Below are positions 1 to 8,623 of a stretch of 64,000 nucleotides of DNA, piece by piece (positions within the stretch are counted from its first letter, which is position 1; every line of letters starts with the position of its first letter). The DNA is from Cyclobacteriaceae bacterium (GTDB taxonomy: Bacteria > Bacteroidota > Bacteroidia > Cytophagales > Cyclobacteriaceae). Below the pieces are notes generated by a model, which did no database searches, was not told where the DNA came from, and saw only the letters and a program-made list of their open reading frames with translations. The position numbers and the translations under genes were made by a program. Location of the stretch: contig JAJLJS010000020.1 of assembly GCA_033844545.1 (NCBI GenBank), positions 8,033 to 72,032 of the forward strand, given 5' to 3'.

Positions 1-1180
1 GCGAGTCGCACTGGGAGAAGTTTCTCGCATTGTCCGCTCTTTTCATCACCTGAACCTGACCTCTGTAGGAGTTTTGGGATTTACCGGCCGAGATACCTTT
101 GGAAACGATTCTGGATTTGGTGTTTTTGCCAATGTGAATCATTTTGGTTCCGGTGTCCGCTTGTTGATAGTTGTTGGTGACCGCCACAGAGTAGAATTCT
201 CCGATCGAATGGTCTCCCTTCAAAATACAGGAAGGATATTTCCAGGTAACCGCAGATCCAGTTTCTACCTGAGTCCAAGAAATCTTGGAATGATCACCTG
301 CACAAATTCCTCTTTTGGTTACGAAATTGTAAATCCCGCCTTTTCCTTCTTTATCTCCTGGGAACCAGTTTTGTACGGTGGAATATTTCACTTCCGCATG
401 GGCTGCGGCGTAGATTTCTACCACCGCCGCGTGAAGTTGGTTTTCGTCCCTTTGGGGAGCAGTACACCCTTCCAGATAAGAGACATAGGAAGATTCTTCG
501 GCTACGATCAAAGTTCTTTCAAACTGACCGGTATTCGCTGCATTGATTCTGAAATAGGTGGAAAGCTCCATTGGGCATCTTACACCTTTTGGAATGTAGC
601 AGAATGAACCGTCAGAAAAAACTGCAGAATTCAAGGCAGCATAATAGTTGTCAGTCATCGGGACAACGGAGCCCAAATATTTCTTCACCAATTCCGGATG
701 CTCTTTAACCGCCTCGCTAAACGAACAGAAAATAATTCCGAGCTTTCCGAGAGTATCTTTGAAAGTAGTGGCAACAGAGACTGAATCCAAAACGGCATCT
801 ACTGCTATTCCCTGAAGTCTTTTTTGTTCATTCAGTGAAATGCCCAATCGTTCATAAATCGCGATCAATTCAGGATCCACTTCGTCCAAACTTTTGGTTT
901 TCTTGACCTGCTTGGGAGCAGAATAATATTTTAAGGCCTGAAGGTCAACTTTAGGATAAGTTACGTTTGCCCAAGTTGGCTCGGCCATGTTTTGCCAGGT
1001 TCTGAATGCCTTAAGCCTCCATTCCAAAAGCCATTCGGGTTCTTCTTTTTTTGCAGAAATCCACCGAATGATTTCCTCATTTAATCCAGCAGGCGCCTCA
1101 TCGGCTTCATAATTGACCGACCAGCCGTGCTCGTATTCCTTGGAGGTAAGTTCTTCTAAAATCTGATTGTCTTTGCTCAT
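1..1180 (-). CDS. sufB: Fe-S cluster assembly protein SufB (3' end runs off the window)
   Basis: Not in the ORF track. Manual translation from the ATG at 1180 gives [20 protein letters not shown]...[28 protein letters not shown]...[24 protein letters not shown]...YLEGCTAP...[25 protein letters not shown], typical SufB motifs. Confidence 0.95.
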   Translation of the reverse strand, partial: MSKDNQILEELTSKEYEHGWSVNYEADEAPAGLNEEIIRWISAKKEEPEWLLEWRLKAFRTWQNMAEPTWANVTYPKVDLQALKYYSAPKQVKKTKSLDEVDPELIAIYERLGISLNEQKRLQGIAVDAVLDSVSVATTFKDTLGKLGIIFCSFSEAVKEHPELVKKYLGSVVPMTDNYYAALNSAVFSDGSFCYIPKGVRCPMELSTYFRINAANTGQFERTLIVAEESSYVSYLEGCTAPQRDENQLHAAVVEIYAAAHAEVKYSTVQNWFPGDKEGKGGIYNFVTKRGICAGDHSKISWTQVETGSAVTWKYPSCILKGDHSIGEFYSVAVTNNYQQADTGTKMIHIGKNTKSRIVSKGISAGKSQNSYRGQVQVMKRADNARNFSQCDS

Positions 1181-1215
1181 GAGCTGAGTTATTTAGACTA
1201 ATTACATTTTAACTG

Positions 1216-1223
1216 CGAAGGTA
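1216..1223 (-). promoter_or_regulatory. Probable -7 promoter element of sufB (TACCTTCG)
   Basis: One-mismatch variant of the Bacteroidetes TAnnTTTG consensus, 36-43 bp upstream of the start codon. Confidence 0.45.
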
Positions 1224-1397
1224 CAACATATTCTTAAAAAATAATGTTCAGCCCCATTTGAAAAATCTATGTGACATTTGCTTTTACAGGTCAGAGGGTC
1301 TTCAAAACCCCTGAATTCCAACAAATACCACCATGAAAGAATAGGTCCGGATTCTTCAGGACCACATCGTAAATTAACTAAAAGCTCTGAAATTATT

Positions 1398-1418
1398 TAT
1401 TTAGATTTAATCCAAATA
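1398..1418. promoter_or_regulatory. Fur-box-like AT-rich palindrome TATTTAGATTTAATCCAAATA
   Basis: Near-perfect 21-bp dyad upstream of sufB; a partial copy (TATTTAGACTAATTAC) starts at 1190. Confidence 0.45.
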
Positions 1419-1421
1419 GAG

Positions 1422-1895
1422 TTACTTTTCCTTTTCAAAAAATTGGATCGGCCGATTGATGCTTTCTTCCAGAACAATCAAAGTCTCGGTTCTGTCAATC
1501 CCGTCTACTTTTTGGATACTGTCCAAGACGAGACGAAGATGATTCGTATCCCTGCAGATAATTTTGGCAAAAATTGAATAGTTGCCAGTAGTGTAATAGG
1601 CACTAACTACCTCGGTGATTCCCTTGAGTTTTTCAATAACATTGTCATATAAAGAGCTTTTCTCGAGGTAAATCCCCAGAAAGGCAGATATATCATAACC
1701 TAGCTTTGAAAAATCAATATTCAAAGTTGCGCTTTTGACAATTCCCATGTCTTCCAGTTTTTTCATCCGCACATGGACAGTACCGGAGGAGACAAATACT
1801 TTTTTGGCAATTTCAGTATAAGGAGTCTTTGCGTCTTCGTTTAAAAGCGAAATGATTTTTAGGTCTATGTTATCGATATCTAAAATTTTGTCCAT
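1422..1895 (-). CDS. asnC: Lrp/AsnC family transcriptional regulator
   Basis: IDNIDLKIISLLNEDAKTPYTEIAKKVFVSSGTVHVRMKKL HTH plus C-terminal RAM domain (AYYTTGNYSIFAK). Confidence 0.9.
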   Translation of the reverse strand: MDKILDIDNIDLKIISLLNEDAKTPYTEIAKKVFVSSGTVHVRMKKLEDMGIVKSATLNIDFSKLGYDISAFLGIYLEKSSLYDNVIEKLKGITEVVSAYYTTGNYSIFAKIICRDTNHLRLVLDSIQKVDGIDRTETLIVLEESINRPIQFFEKEK

Positions 1896-2154
1896 TTTCC
1901 CGAGTAGGATTTAGATGATTGTTAATGAAAGTCGCCGTAAATTAGAGATTGTTCAAAATATTGCAAAATTATTTTTTCAATTTGTAATTAAAGGAAAAAA
2001 CCATTTATTTTGGCCCTGATGAAAAGTTTCAAATAATTATTTGGTTTTTACTGATTTTATTTCATCATTCATCTGAAATCTATAATTACTCCAAATAATT
2101 GATAATCAACGGAAAACTTTTAATCTCTAAAGTTATATTTGGGTTTATATTCTG

Positions 2155-2185
2155 AAAAGGGTCTTGCTGCTGGCAAGACTTTTTT
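2155..2185 (+). terminator. Intrinsic terminator-like hairpin with no annotated upstream gene
   Basis: Stem GGTCTTGC / GCAAGACT, 5-nt loop, T6 tail; A4 on the other side. Confidence 0.6.
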
Positions 2186-2282
2186 ATTGGCTATCCCTTA
2201 ATTTAAAATACAAAAAAATGTATTTGAAGTTTTTTTTATTTGGGTTATTGTATATCTTCGTGGAGTCAACCCTTATTCTTTT

Positions 2283-2798
2283 ATGAAACTTCTATTCGCG
2301 TTTGCCCTCTTGATCTATTCCGGATTTTCGTTGGAGAAGCACCCTGCAGCGGCACAAGAAAACCATGAAGAGATTTTTTCAATCAAATCTTCCATTTCCT
2401 ACAATCGTCTGACTATCCATAAAATTGCAGGTTCTGAATCCTTGACCGAGATCAATCGGGAAAGTGAATTGAAATTTGAGCCATTGACTGTGGTCGAAAT
2501 GAATGTGGCAAAAAATTTAAATTCTCATTGGGTATGGCCAGAATATACCCTGGAAATGATTGATAGTTATTCTCCTTTTTTGTTCAGAACTAAGAAAAGC
2601 CAAGTTTTGGAGGAGGTGAAAATCCTTTTAAATGTTAATTCCAGAGGAATAATTTCGGGCTTTGAGGTTTTGACTGAAGTCGACAAAGCGACAAGAGAAA
2701 GGTTGGACCATATGATCCGAAAAATGCCCGGATGTAAACCTGTCCCGGGATTTGATGCCTATACGGCGTCAATATTTGAATTGGTTATCAAGAAATAG
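2283..2798 (+). CDS. Hypothetical exported protein, possible TonB C-terminal-like domain
   Basis: Signal-peptide-like N-terminus. The C-terminal VKILLNVNSRGIISGFEVL...MIRKMPGCKP resembles the TonB_C pattern. Confidence 0.55.
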   Translation: MKLLFAFALLIYSGFSLEKHPAAAQENHEEIFSIKSSISYNRLTIHKIAGSESLTEINRESELKFEPLTVVEMNVAKNLNSHWVWPEYTLEMIDSYSPFLFRTKKSQVLEEVKILLNVNSRGIISGFEVLTEVDKATRERLDHMIRKMPGCKPVPGFDAYTASIFELVIKK

Positions 2799-2800
2799 AG

Positions 2801-2827
2801 ATCGGAATAATATTCCGATTTTTTTTT
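2801..2827 (+). terminator. Intrinsic terminator
   Basis: ATCGGAAT-aat-ATTCCGAT followed by a T-run just after the stop at 2798. Confidence 0.75.
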
Positions 2828-2887
2828 AAGCGGTTGGGCAGCCCAATAGGGCAATTTTTATTTTTACCATCCAACCTGATCAATCCC

Positions 2888-4807
2888 ATGAAAAAAAACA
2901 TCTTGATTTCAGCAGCCTGTCTTGTGTCAGGATTGGCTGCTGCACAGGTAAAGCCATTTCAGCCAGAAAAGGTTTTTCCCGAGAAAAATCCCAAAATGAA
3001 ATTTCATACCGTATCCGGTGAGCGACACGGCCCCTCTTTTTTTAAAAAATTTGAATTCCCGGAGGTAGAGTATACGCCGCAGGAAAAACTCACCTTCGAT
3101 AAATATCATACCGTGGATGTCATGTATCACTGGTATGAGAAATGGGCCCAACAATTCCCCGACATCGTTGATTTATACGTAGTCGGAAAATCCTACGAGG
3201 GTCGTCCCATCTACCAAATGACCCTTACCAATAAAAAGACCGGAAAAGACACCGATAAGCCCGCGGCATATTTTGAGGGAGGGAGGCATTCCGGTGAAAT
3301 CACTTCCAGTGAATCGATTTTGTGGCTGACCCAGCATTTGTTGGAGAACTATGGAAAAGATGCTGAAATCACCGCATTGATCGACTCAAAGGCGATTTAC
3401 CTGCGTCCCCAGAATAACCCCGATGGCTCAAACCTGTATTTATACACCGAGCAGCGAAACAGAAGTACTGTCAAACCAAACGATACCGATCGGGATGGCT
3501 TAATCGACGAGGACCCTGAAGAGGATTTGGATGGAGATGGCGTCATCTACCAGATGCGTAAAAAGGCAGTCACCCCGGAGGAAAAGGAAAAGGCCAACTA
3601 TATCATCGACCCAAGGGATCCAAAAGGAAGATTGATGAAAAGGACTTTTCCGGGCAAAGGGGAATACTTAATGTATACCGAGGGAATAGATAATGACGGA
3701 GATGGCAATTACAACGAAGACGGCATAGGAGGATTGGATCTTCACCGAAATTATCCGGAAAACTGGAGGCCTAACACCGGGGGAGATCTGACCGGAAGAG
3801 GATATACCCAGTTTGGAGCCGGAGAATATCCCTTAAGTGAAATCGAAACCCGCCATACGGCGCTTTGGGTTCTGAGTCACCCCAATATTTCTGTGGCAAA
3901 TTCCATGGATACTCGGGTACCCATGCACCTGAGACCACCATCCACTTCTAAATCTGAGGAAAGCATGTATCCAGAAGATTTGGCTATCTACAAAGAGATT
4001 GATGCTTTAGGTCTTTCCTTCACCAATTATCCCTGGGCTGGGGATGTGTATGAGACTTATGCCACCCGGTACAAAGTAAATTCCATGACCGGCGATCCCC
4101 TGAAGCCCGAACCCTTGTTTGGACATGGCCCTGACTTTGGGTATTTCTACTATGGAAGTATCTGGTATGGGGATGAATTATGGAACAACGGAGCCATGAA
4201 AGACTACGATGGAGATGGAATCTATGACGACTACGATGGGCTGATGTGGGATGATGAAGCCAACGAAAGCAGAGGATTTAAAGTCTGGACTCCATTTACT
4301 CATCCTACCTTGGGTGAAGTGGAAATCGGCGGATTCCATCCTAAGTTTTTTGGACAAAATGGTCCGACTTGGCAACTGGAAAGTTGGGCTAAAAAGCAGG
4401 CTCAGTTCAATTTGGCCATGGCCAAAAGACTTCCACAGCTGACAATTTCAGACCTCAAAGTCAATAAAATCACCGATGGAGAATACGAGATTACCTTGGA
4501 ATGGTCAAATACCGGAAAACTTCCAGTGGCCTTGGAACAAGCCAAATTGGTGAAAATTGTCCAAGAAGACCGGGTGTCCCTGGAGTTTGATAAGGAGCTG
4601 ACCAAAGGCTATGAGGATGCAAAGCTGAAAATCACCAGCCCGGAACTTTACGACAAAACCATCTATGCCGGCTACACCGGTGTCGGTGAGAAAAAGTCAG
4701 CAAGCTTCCGGGTCAAAGTGGACTCCTCTGAGCCTGTCAAAGGAAAAATTAAACTTTCCTCTACCCGAGGAGGATATCTTGAACGTGAATTTACCCTAAA
4801 CCCCTAA
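2888..4807 (+). CDS. Secreted M14 family zinc carboxypeptidase-like protein
   Basis: GKSYEGRP, HSGE (HxxE), NPDG and DLHRNYP motifs. Likely start is the ATG at 2888 (MKKNILISAACL signal peptide) rather than 2834. Confidence 0.85.
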   Translation: MKKNILISAACLVSGLAAAQVKPFQPEKVFPEKNPKMKFHTVSGERHGPSFFKKFEFPEVEYTPQEKLTFDKYHTVDVMYHWYEKWAQQFPDIVDLYVVGKSYEGRPIYQMTLTNKKTGKDTDKPAAYFEGGRHSGEITSSESILWLTQHLLENYGKDAEITALIDSKAIYLRPQNNPDGSNLYLYTEQRNRSTVKPNDTDRDGLIDEDPEEDLDGDGVIYQMRKKAVTPEEKEKANYIIDPRDPKGRLMKRTFPGKGEYLMYTEGIDNDGDGNYNEDGIGGLDLHRNYPENWRPNTGGDLTGRGYTQFGAGEYPLSEIETRHTALWVLSHPNISVANSMDTRVPMHLRPPSTSKSEESMYPEDLAIYKEIDALGLSFTNYPWAGDVYETYATRYKVNSMTGDPLKPEPLFGHGPDFGYFYYGSIWYGDELWNNGAMKDYDGDGIYDDYDGLMWDDEANESRGFKVWTPFTHPTLGEVEIGGFHPKFFGQNGPTWQLESWAKKQAQFNLAMAKRLPQLTISDLKVNKITDGEYEITLEWSNTGKLPVALEQAKLVKIVQEDRVSLEFDKELTKGYEDAKLKITSPELYDKTIYAGYTGVGEKKSASFRVKVDSSEPVKGKIKLSSTRGGYLEREFTLNP

Positions 4808-4819
4808 GTATAACTTCCC

Positions 4820-7627
4820 ATGAATTTCAAGCGAATTGGCTTGGGCCTGATGCTTCTTTTTGCTGCGCAATTGACCTTTGCGCAGCAAAAAAGATCCCTG
4901 ACTCATGCAGACTATGACGGCTGGGAGAGCCTTTCCTCAGCAAAAATCACCAAAGACGGAAAATTTGTCGGCTATCAGATCTCCCCTCAAGATGGGGACT
5001 CAAGATTTGTAGTCTTTCCATATTCCAATCCTGCTCAGAAAACCCTGATCCCAAGGGCGTCTTCGGCATCTTTTTCCCCAGACGATTCCTTTTTGGTAGG
5101 AAAAATTGTCCCTCAAAAGGATTCTGTCCGAATTTTGAAACTGAAAAAGAAAAAAAACGACGATCTGCCCAAGGATAGTCTGTTTATTCTAAATCTGGCC
5201 TCAGGTGCTCTTGAAAAGTTTCCAAGGGTGAAATCTTTTGGAATTCCTACCGAAAAAGGAAGCTGGGTAGCCATTCACTTCGAAAAGGAAGTTCCCAAAA
5301 AAGCGGATCCGGCCGATTCTACCGCAAAGGCTGAAAAACCAAAAAAAACCGATGGCACCAAGTTGATGCTTAGATCCCTGGATGGAGCGAAGTCATGGGA
5401 GTTTGACCGGGTGAAATCCTATGCTTTTGCGCCTAATGGGGATTATTTCCAATACACCCTTGCGGAAGAAGACACTTTGGACAACAGTGCCGTGTATGTC
5501 CTCAATCTTGCCACCGGTGAAAGTAAGCTGGTGATTGAAAAATTGACCACTTATTCAGATCTGACTTTTTCCCCCCAGTCCTCCAAGCTGGCATTTATCG
5601 CCACAGATGATTCGCTAAAAGCGAAAAAGCCACTTCATACACTTTATGTATACGAAGTCAAATCTGCCACTATCGGCAAGAAGCTTGAAAAAGCAGAGCT
5701 AAAATTTACCCAAGGTCGAATCAGCCCGGATGGAAATATAAGGTTTTCTGAAGATGAAAGCCGCTTGTTTTTTGGAGTAGCACCGGATTATGTAGACTAT
5801 GCTTATGCCAATGATACGACGATCCTGGATGAGGAAAGAGTGAGTTTGGATATCTGGGGCTGGCAGGATGCAGAGATTCAACCCATGCAGTTGAAAAACA
5901 AATCCCAAGAGGAGAAAAAGACCTATTGGTCAGTTTTGGATCTGAAATCCGGATTGGTGACCCAATTGGCCACGCCTGAGGTGGATAATATTTCACTGGA
6001 GAATAAAATCAAGCATGATGTTGCCTTGGCCTCTTCTGATCAAGCTTATCGCCGAAACTACAGCTGGGATATCCAGATCGGAAGAGATTTGTATCTGGTA
6101 GATTTCAAAACTGGAAATAAGACCTTGATTGAGAAAAATGCATCCGGATTCGCCAGACTGTCTCCTGAGGCAAAATATGCCTACTGGTATGATGGTCGGG
6201 ATAGCAGTTGGGTGGCGTATGATTTGGCCGCAAAAAAGAAAATAAACCTGACCAAAAGCCTCCCTGTAGATTTTTATGAGGGGTTGCATGATTCACCTTC
6301 TTTGCCCGGAAGCTATGGCAATGCCGGCTGGCTGGCTGGCGATGCAGCGTTTTTGGTGTATGATCATTTTGATGTATGGAAAATAGACCCCAAAAATCCT
6401 TCCGCTGCAGTGAATTTGACCTTGGGAGAAGGGAGAAAAAATCAGATTGTTTTCCGAAGAGAAAGCCTTGAATTTGACGAACGAGCCATTGATCCCAAAT
6501 CACCATTGATCCTCTCGGCATTTCATGAAGTCAGCAAGGATGCCGGCTTTTATGAAGGCGATATCCTGGGAAAAAATGCTCCAAAACAATTGATCATGGC
6601 TCCTGCGAGTTTCAACGGCTTCACGAAAGCCAAAGAATCTTCTCAGGCCATAGTCCGAAAAAGTACTTACACCGAAAACCCGGATCTGTATCTGACTGAT
6701 TTGAATTTCAACGATTTGACCAAAGTTTCAGATCTGAATCCTCAGCAAGCTGGAATCAAATGGGGTAGTGTCGAACTGATATCCTATCTGACCACTGACG
6801 GAGATCCATTGCAGGGATTGCTCTTCAAGCCGGAAAACTTCGATCCTTCCAAGAAATACCCGATGATGGTGTATTTCTATGAGCGCAACAGCGACGGGTT
6901 GCACAATTACCGCACTCCTGCACCAAGCCGCTCGACGATCAATATTCCGTATTTCGTGAGCAATGATTATTTGGTTTTTGTACCTGATATCAAATACGAA
7001 ATCGGTCTACCAGGCCCGAGTGCATTCAATTGCATTATTCCGGGCGTTCAGGCAGTGATTGCCAAAGGTGGTGTAGATACCGAAAATATGGCTATCCAAG
7101 GCCAAAGCTGGGGAGGTTACCAAGTGGCTTACCTGATTACTCAGACGAATATGTTTAAGGCTGCTGGAGCTGGCGCACCGGTGGTCAACATGACTTCGGC
7201 CTACGGCGGGATTCGATGGGGAACAGGCATGAGCCGGATGTTCCAATACGAGCAGACACAATCCCGAATTGGAGGGACTCTATGGGAAAAGCCCTTGTAT
7301 TATCTGGAAAATTCTCCACTGTTTATGATGGATCGGGTGCAAACTCCCGTTCTGATCATGCACAACGACGAAGATGGGGCTGTGCCTTGGTACCAAGGGA
7401 TCGAGATGTTTATGGCACTGAAAAGATTGAATAAGCCGGCTTGGCTGCTTCAGTACAATGGGGAGGACCATAACTTGACCCAGCGAAAGAATGCCAAAGA
7501 TCTTTCTGTTCGATTGAGCCAGTTTTTCGATCACTACCTTAAAGGCGCTCCTGCGCCACTTTGGATGAGCGAAGGGCTTCCCGCTGTGGAGAAAGGCAAG
7601 ACCCTGAAATATGAGTTAGGCAACTAA
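4820..7627 (+). CDS. Secreted S9 family (prolyl oligopeptidase-like) serine peptidase
   Basis: Signal peptide, beta-propeller-like N-terminal region, and catalytic triad motifs GQSWGG, HNDEDGAV and GEDHNL. Confidence 0.9.
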   Translation: MNFKRIGLGLMLLFAAQLTFAQQKRSLTHADYDGWESLSSAKITKDGKFVGYQISPQDGDSRFVVFPYSNPAQKTLIPRASSASFSPDDSFLVGKIVPQKDSVRILKLKKKKNDDLPKDSLFILNLASGALEKFPRVKSFGIPTEKGSWVAIHFEKEVPKKADPADSTAKAEKPKKTDGTKLMLRSLDGAKSWEFDRVKSYAFAPNGDYFQYTLAEEDTLDNSAVYVLNLATGESKLVIEKLTTYSDLTFSPQSSKLAFIATDDSLKAKKPLHTLYVYEVKSATIGKKLEKAELKFTQGRISPDGNIRFSEDESRLFFGVAPDYVDYAYANDTTILDEERVSLDIWGWQDAEIQPMQLKNKSQEEKKTYWSVLDLKSGLVTQLATPEVDNISLENKIKHDVALASSDQAYRRNYSWDIQIGRDLYLVDFKTGNKTLIEKNASGFARLSPEAKYAYWYDGRDSSWVAYDLAAKKKINLTKSLPVDFYEGLHDSPSLPGSYGNAGWLAGDAAFLVYDHFDVWKIDPKNPSAAVNLTLGEGRKNQIVFRRESLEFDERAIDPKSPLILSAFHEVSKDAGFYEGDILGKNAPKQLIMAPASFNGFTKAKESSQAIVRKSTYTENPDLYLTDLNFNDLTKVSDLNPQQAGIKWGSVELISYLTTDGDPLQGLLFKPENFDPSKKYPMMVYFYERNSDGLHNYRTPAPSRSTINIPYFVSNDYLVFVPDIKYEIGLPGPSAFNCIIPGVQAVIAKGGVDTENMAIQGQSWGGYQVAYLITQTNMFKAAGAGAPVVNMTSAYGGIRWGTGMSRMFQYEQTQSRIGGTLWEKPLYYLENSPLFMMDRVQTPVLIMHNDEDGAVPWYQGIEMFMALKRLNKPAWLLQYNGEDHNLTQRKNAKDLSVRLSQFFDHYLKGAPAPLWMSEGLPAVEKGKTLKYELGN

Positions 7628-7630
7628 AGG

Positions 7631-7664
7631 AAAGCCCCGGATTCTTCAGAACCCGGGGCTTTTT
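7631..7664. terminator. Bidirectional intrinsic terminator between the convergent S9 peptidase and thyA
   Basis: AAAGCCCCGG...CCGGGGCTTTTT inverted repeat. Confidence 0.85.
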
Positions 7665-7693
7665 CAAATTTCAAGTCTCAAATCTCATATCCA

Positions 7694-8488
7694 TCAAACT
7701 GCCACTGCAGCTTTGATATGAGGGTGTGGATCATATCCCACCAATTCAAAATCCTCGTACTTGAATCCGAAGATATCCTTCACCTCAGGATTGATTTTCA
7801 TAGTAGGCAAAGGACGAATGTCCCGGCTAAGCTGAAGTTCAGTTTGCTCCAGATGATTCAAGTATAAATGAGCGTCTCCAAAGGTATGGATAAACTCACC
7901 CGGCTCAAGATCACATACTTGGGCGATCATCATCGTGAAAAGGGCATAGGAGGCAATGTTGAAAGGAACTCCCAAAAAGACATCAGCACTTCTCTGATAT
8001 AGCTGGCAGGATAATTTCCCTTCAGCTACATAAAATTGAAACATGGTGTGGCAGGGAGGCAAGGCCATTTGATCCACATTTGCCACATTCCAGGCACTGA
8101 CCAAGTGCCTTCTGCTGTCCGGCTTGGTTTTGATTTGATGGATCAGGTTTTTGATCTGGTCGATTTCCCCGCCCTTGCCATCAGGCCAATGTCTCCATTG
8201 ATAGCCGTAAACAGGACCAAGGTCTCCGTTTTCATCCGCCCACTCATCCCAAATGGACACCCCGTTTTCCTTGAGCCAATTGATATTGCTATCTCCCCTC
8301 AAAAACCACAATAATTCGATGATGATGGAGCGTAAGTGAAGTTTTTTGGTGGTGACTACCGGGAATCCATCGGCTAAGTTAAACCTCATCTGATGACCAA
8401 AGATGCTCAAGGTACCTGTTCCGGTCCGGTCAGATTTCTTCACTCCTTCGCGAAGGATTCTTTTCATCAAATCGTGATACTGCTCCAT
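7694..8488 (-). CDS. thyA: Thymidylate synthase
   Basis: [24 protein letters not shown] and [14 protein letters not shown] motifs. Likely start is the ATG at 8488 (MEQYHDL). Confidence 0.97.
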   Translation of the reverse strand: MEQYHDLMKRILREGVKKSDRTGTGTLSIFGHQMRFNLADGFPVVTTKKLHLRSIIIELLWFLRGDSNINWLKENGVSIWDEWADENGDLGPVYGYQWRHWPDGKGGEIDQIKNLIHQIKTKPDSRRHLVSAWNVANVDQMALPPCHTMFQFYVAEGKLSCQLYQRSADVFLGVPFNIASYALFTMMIAQVCDLEPGEFIHTFGDAHLYLNHLEQTELQLSRDIRPLPTMKINPEVKDIFGFKYEDFELVGYDPHPHIKAAVAV

Positions 8489-8623
8489 TTTTTTTCTTGA
8501 CAATTATTGCCGGCAAGATACCAAGTTCACTGAAAAATTGGAATCCCATTCCAACAAAGATCAGCTCAATCGATTTATATTGTCTGACGATCTTCTTCAA
8601 AATAATTTACTTTGTCCAAAAGC

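Noticed and set aside
74-607. 177-aa + strand ORF, and the many other short antisense or nested ORFs in the track
   Set aside because: These are shadows of real genes (here antisense to sufB) with no recognisable motifs.
1347-7649. Shared 13-mer CCGGATTCTTCAG at 1347-1359 and 7637-7649
   Set aside because: Repeated 13-mers are expected by chance in 64 kb and the flanks do not align.
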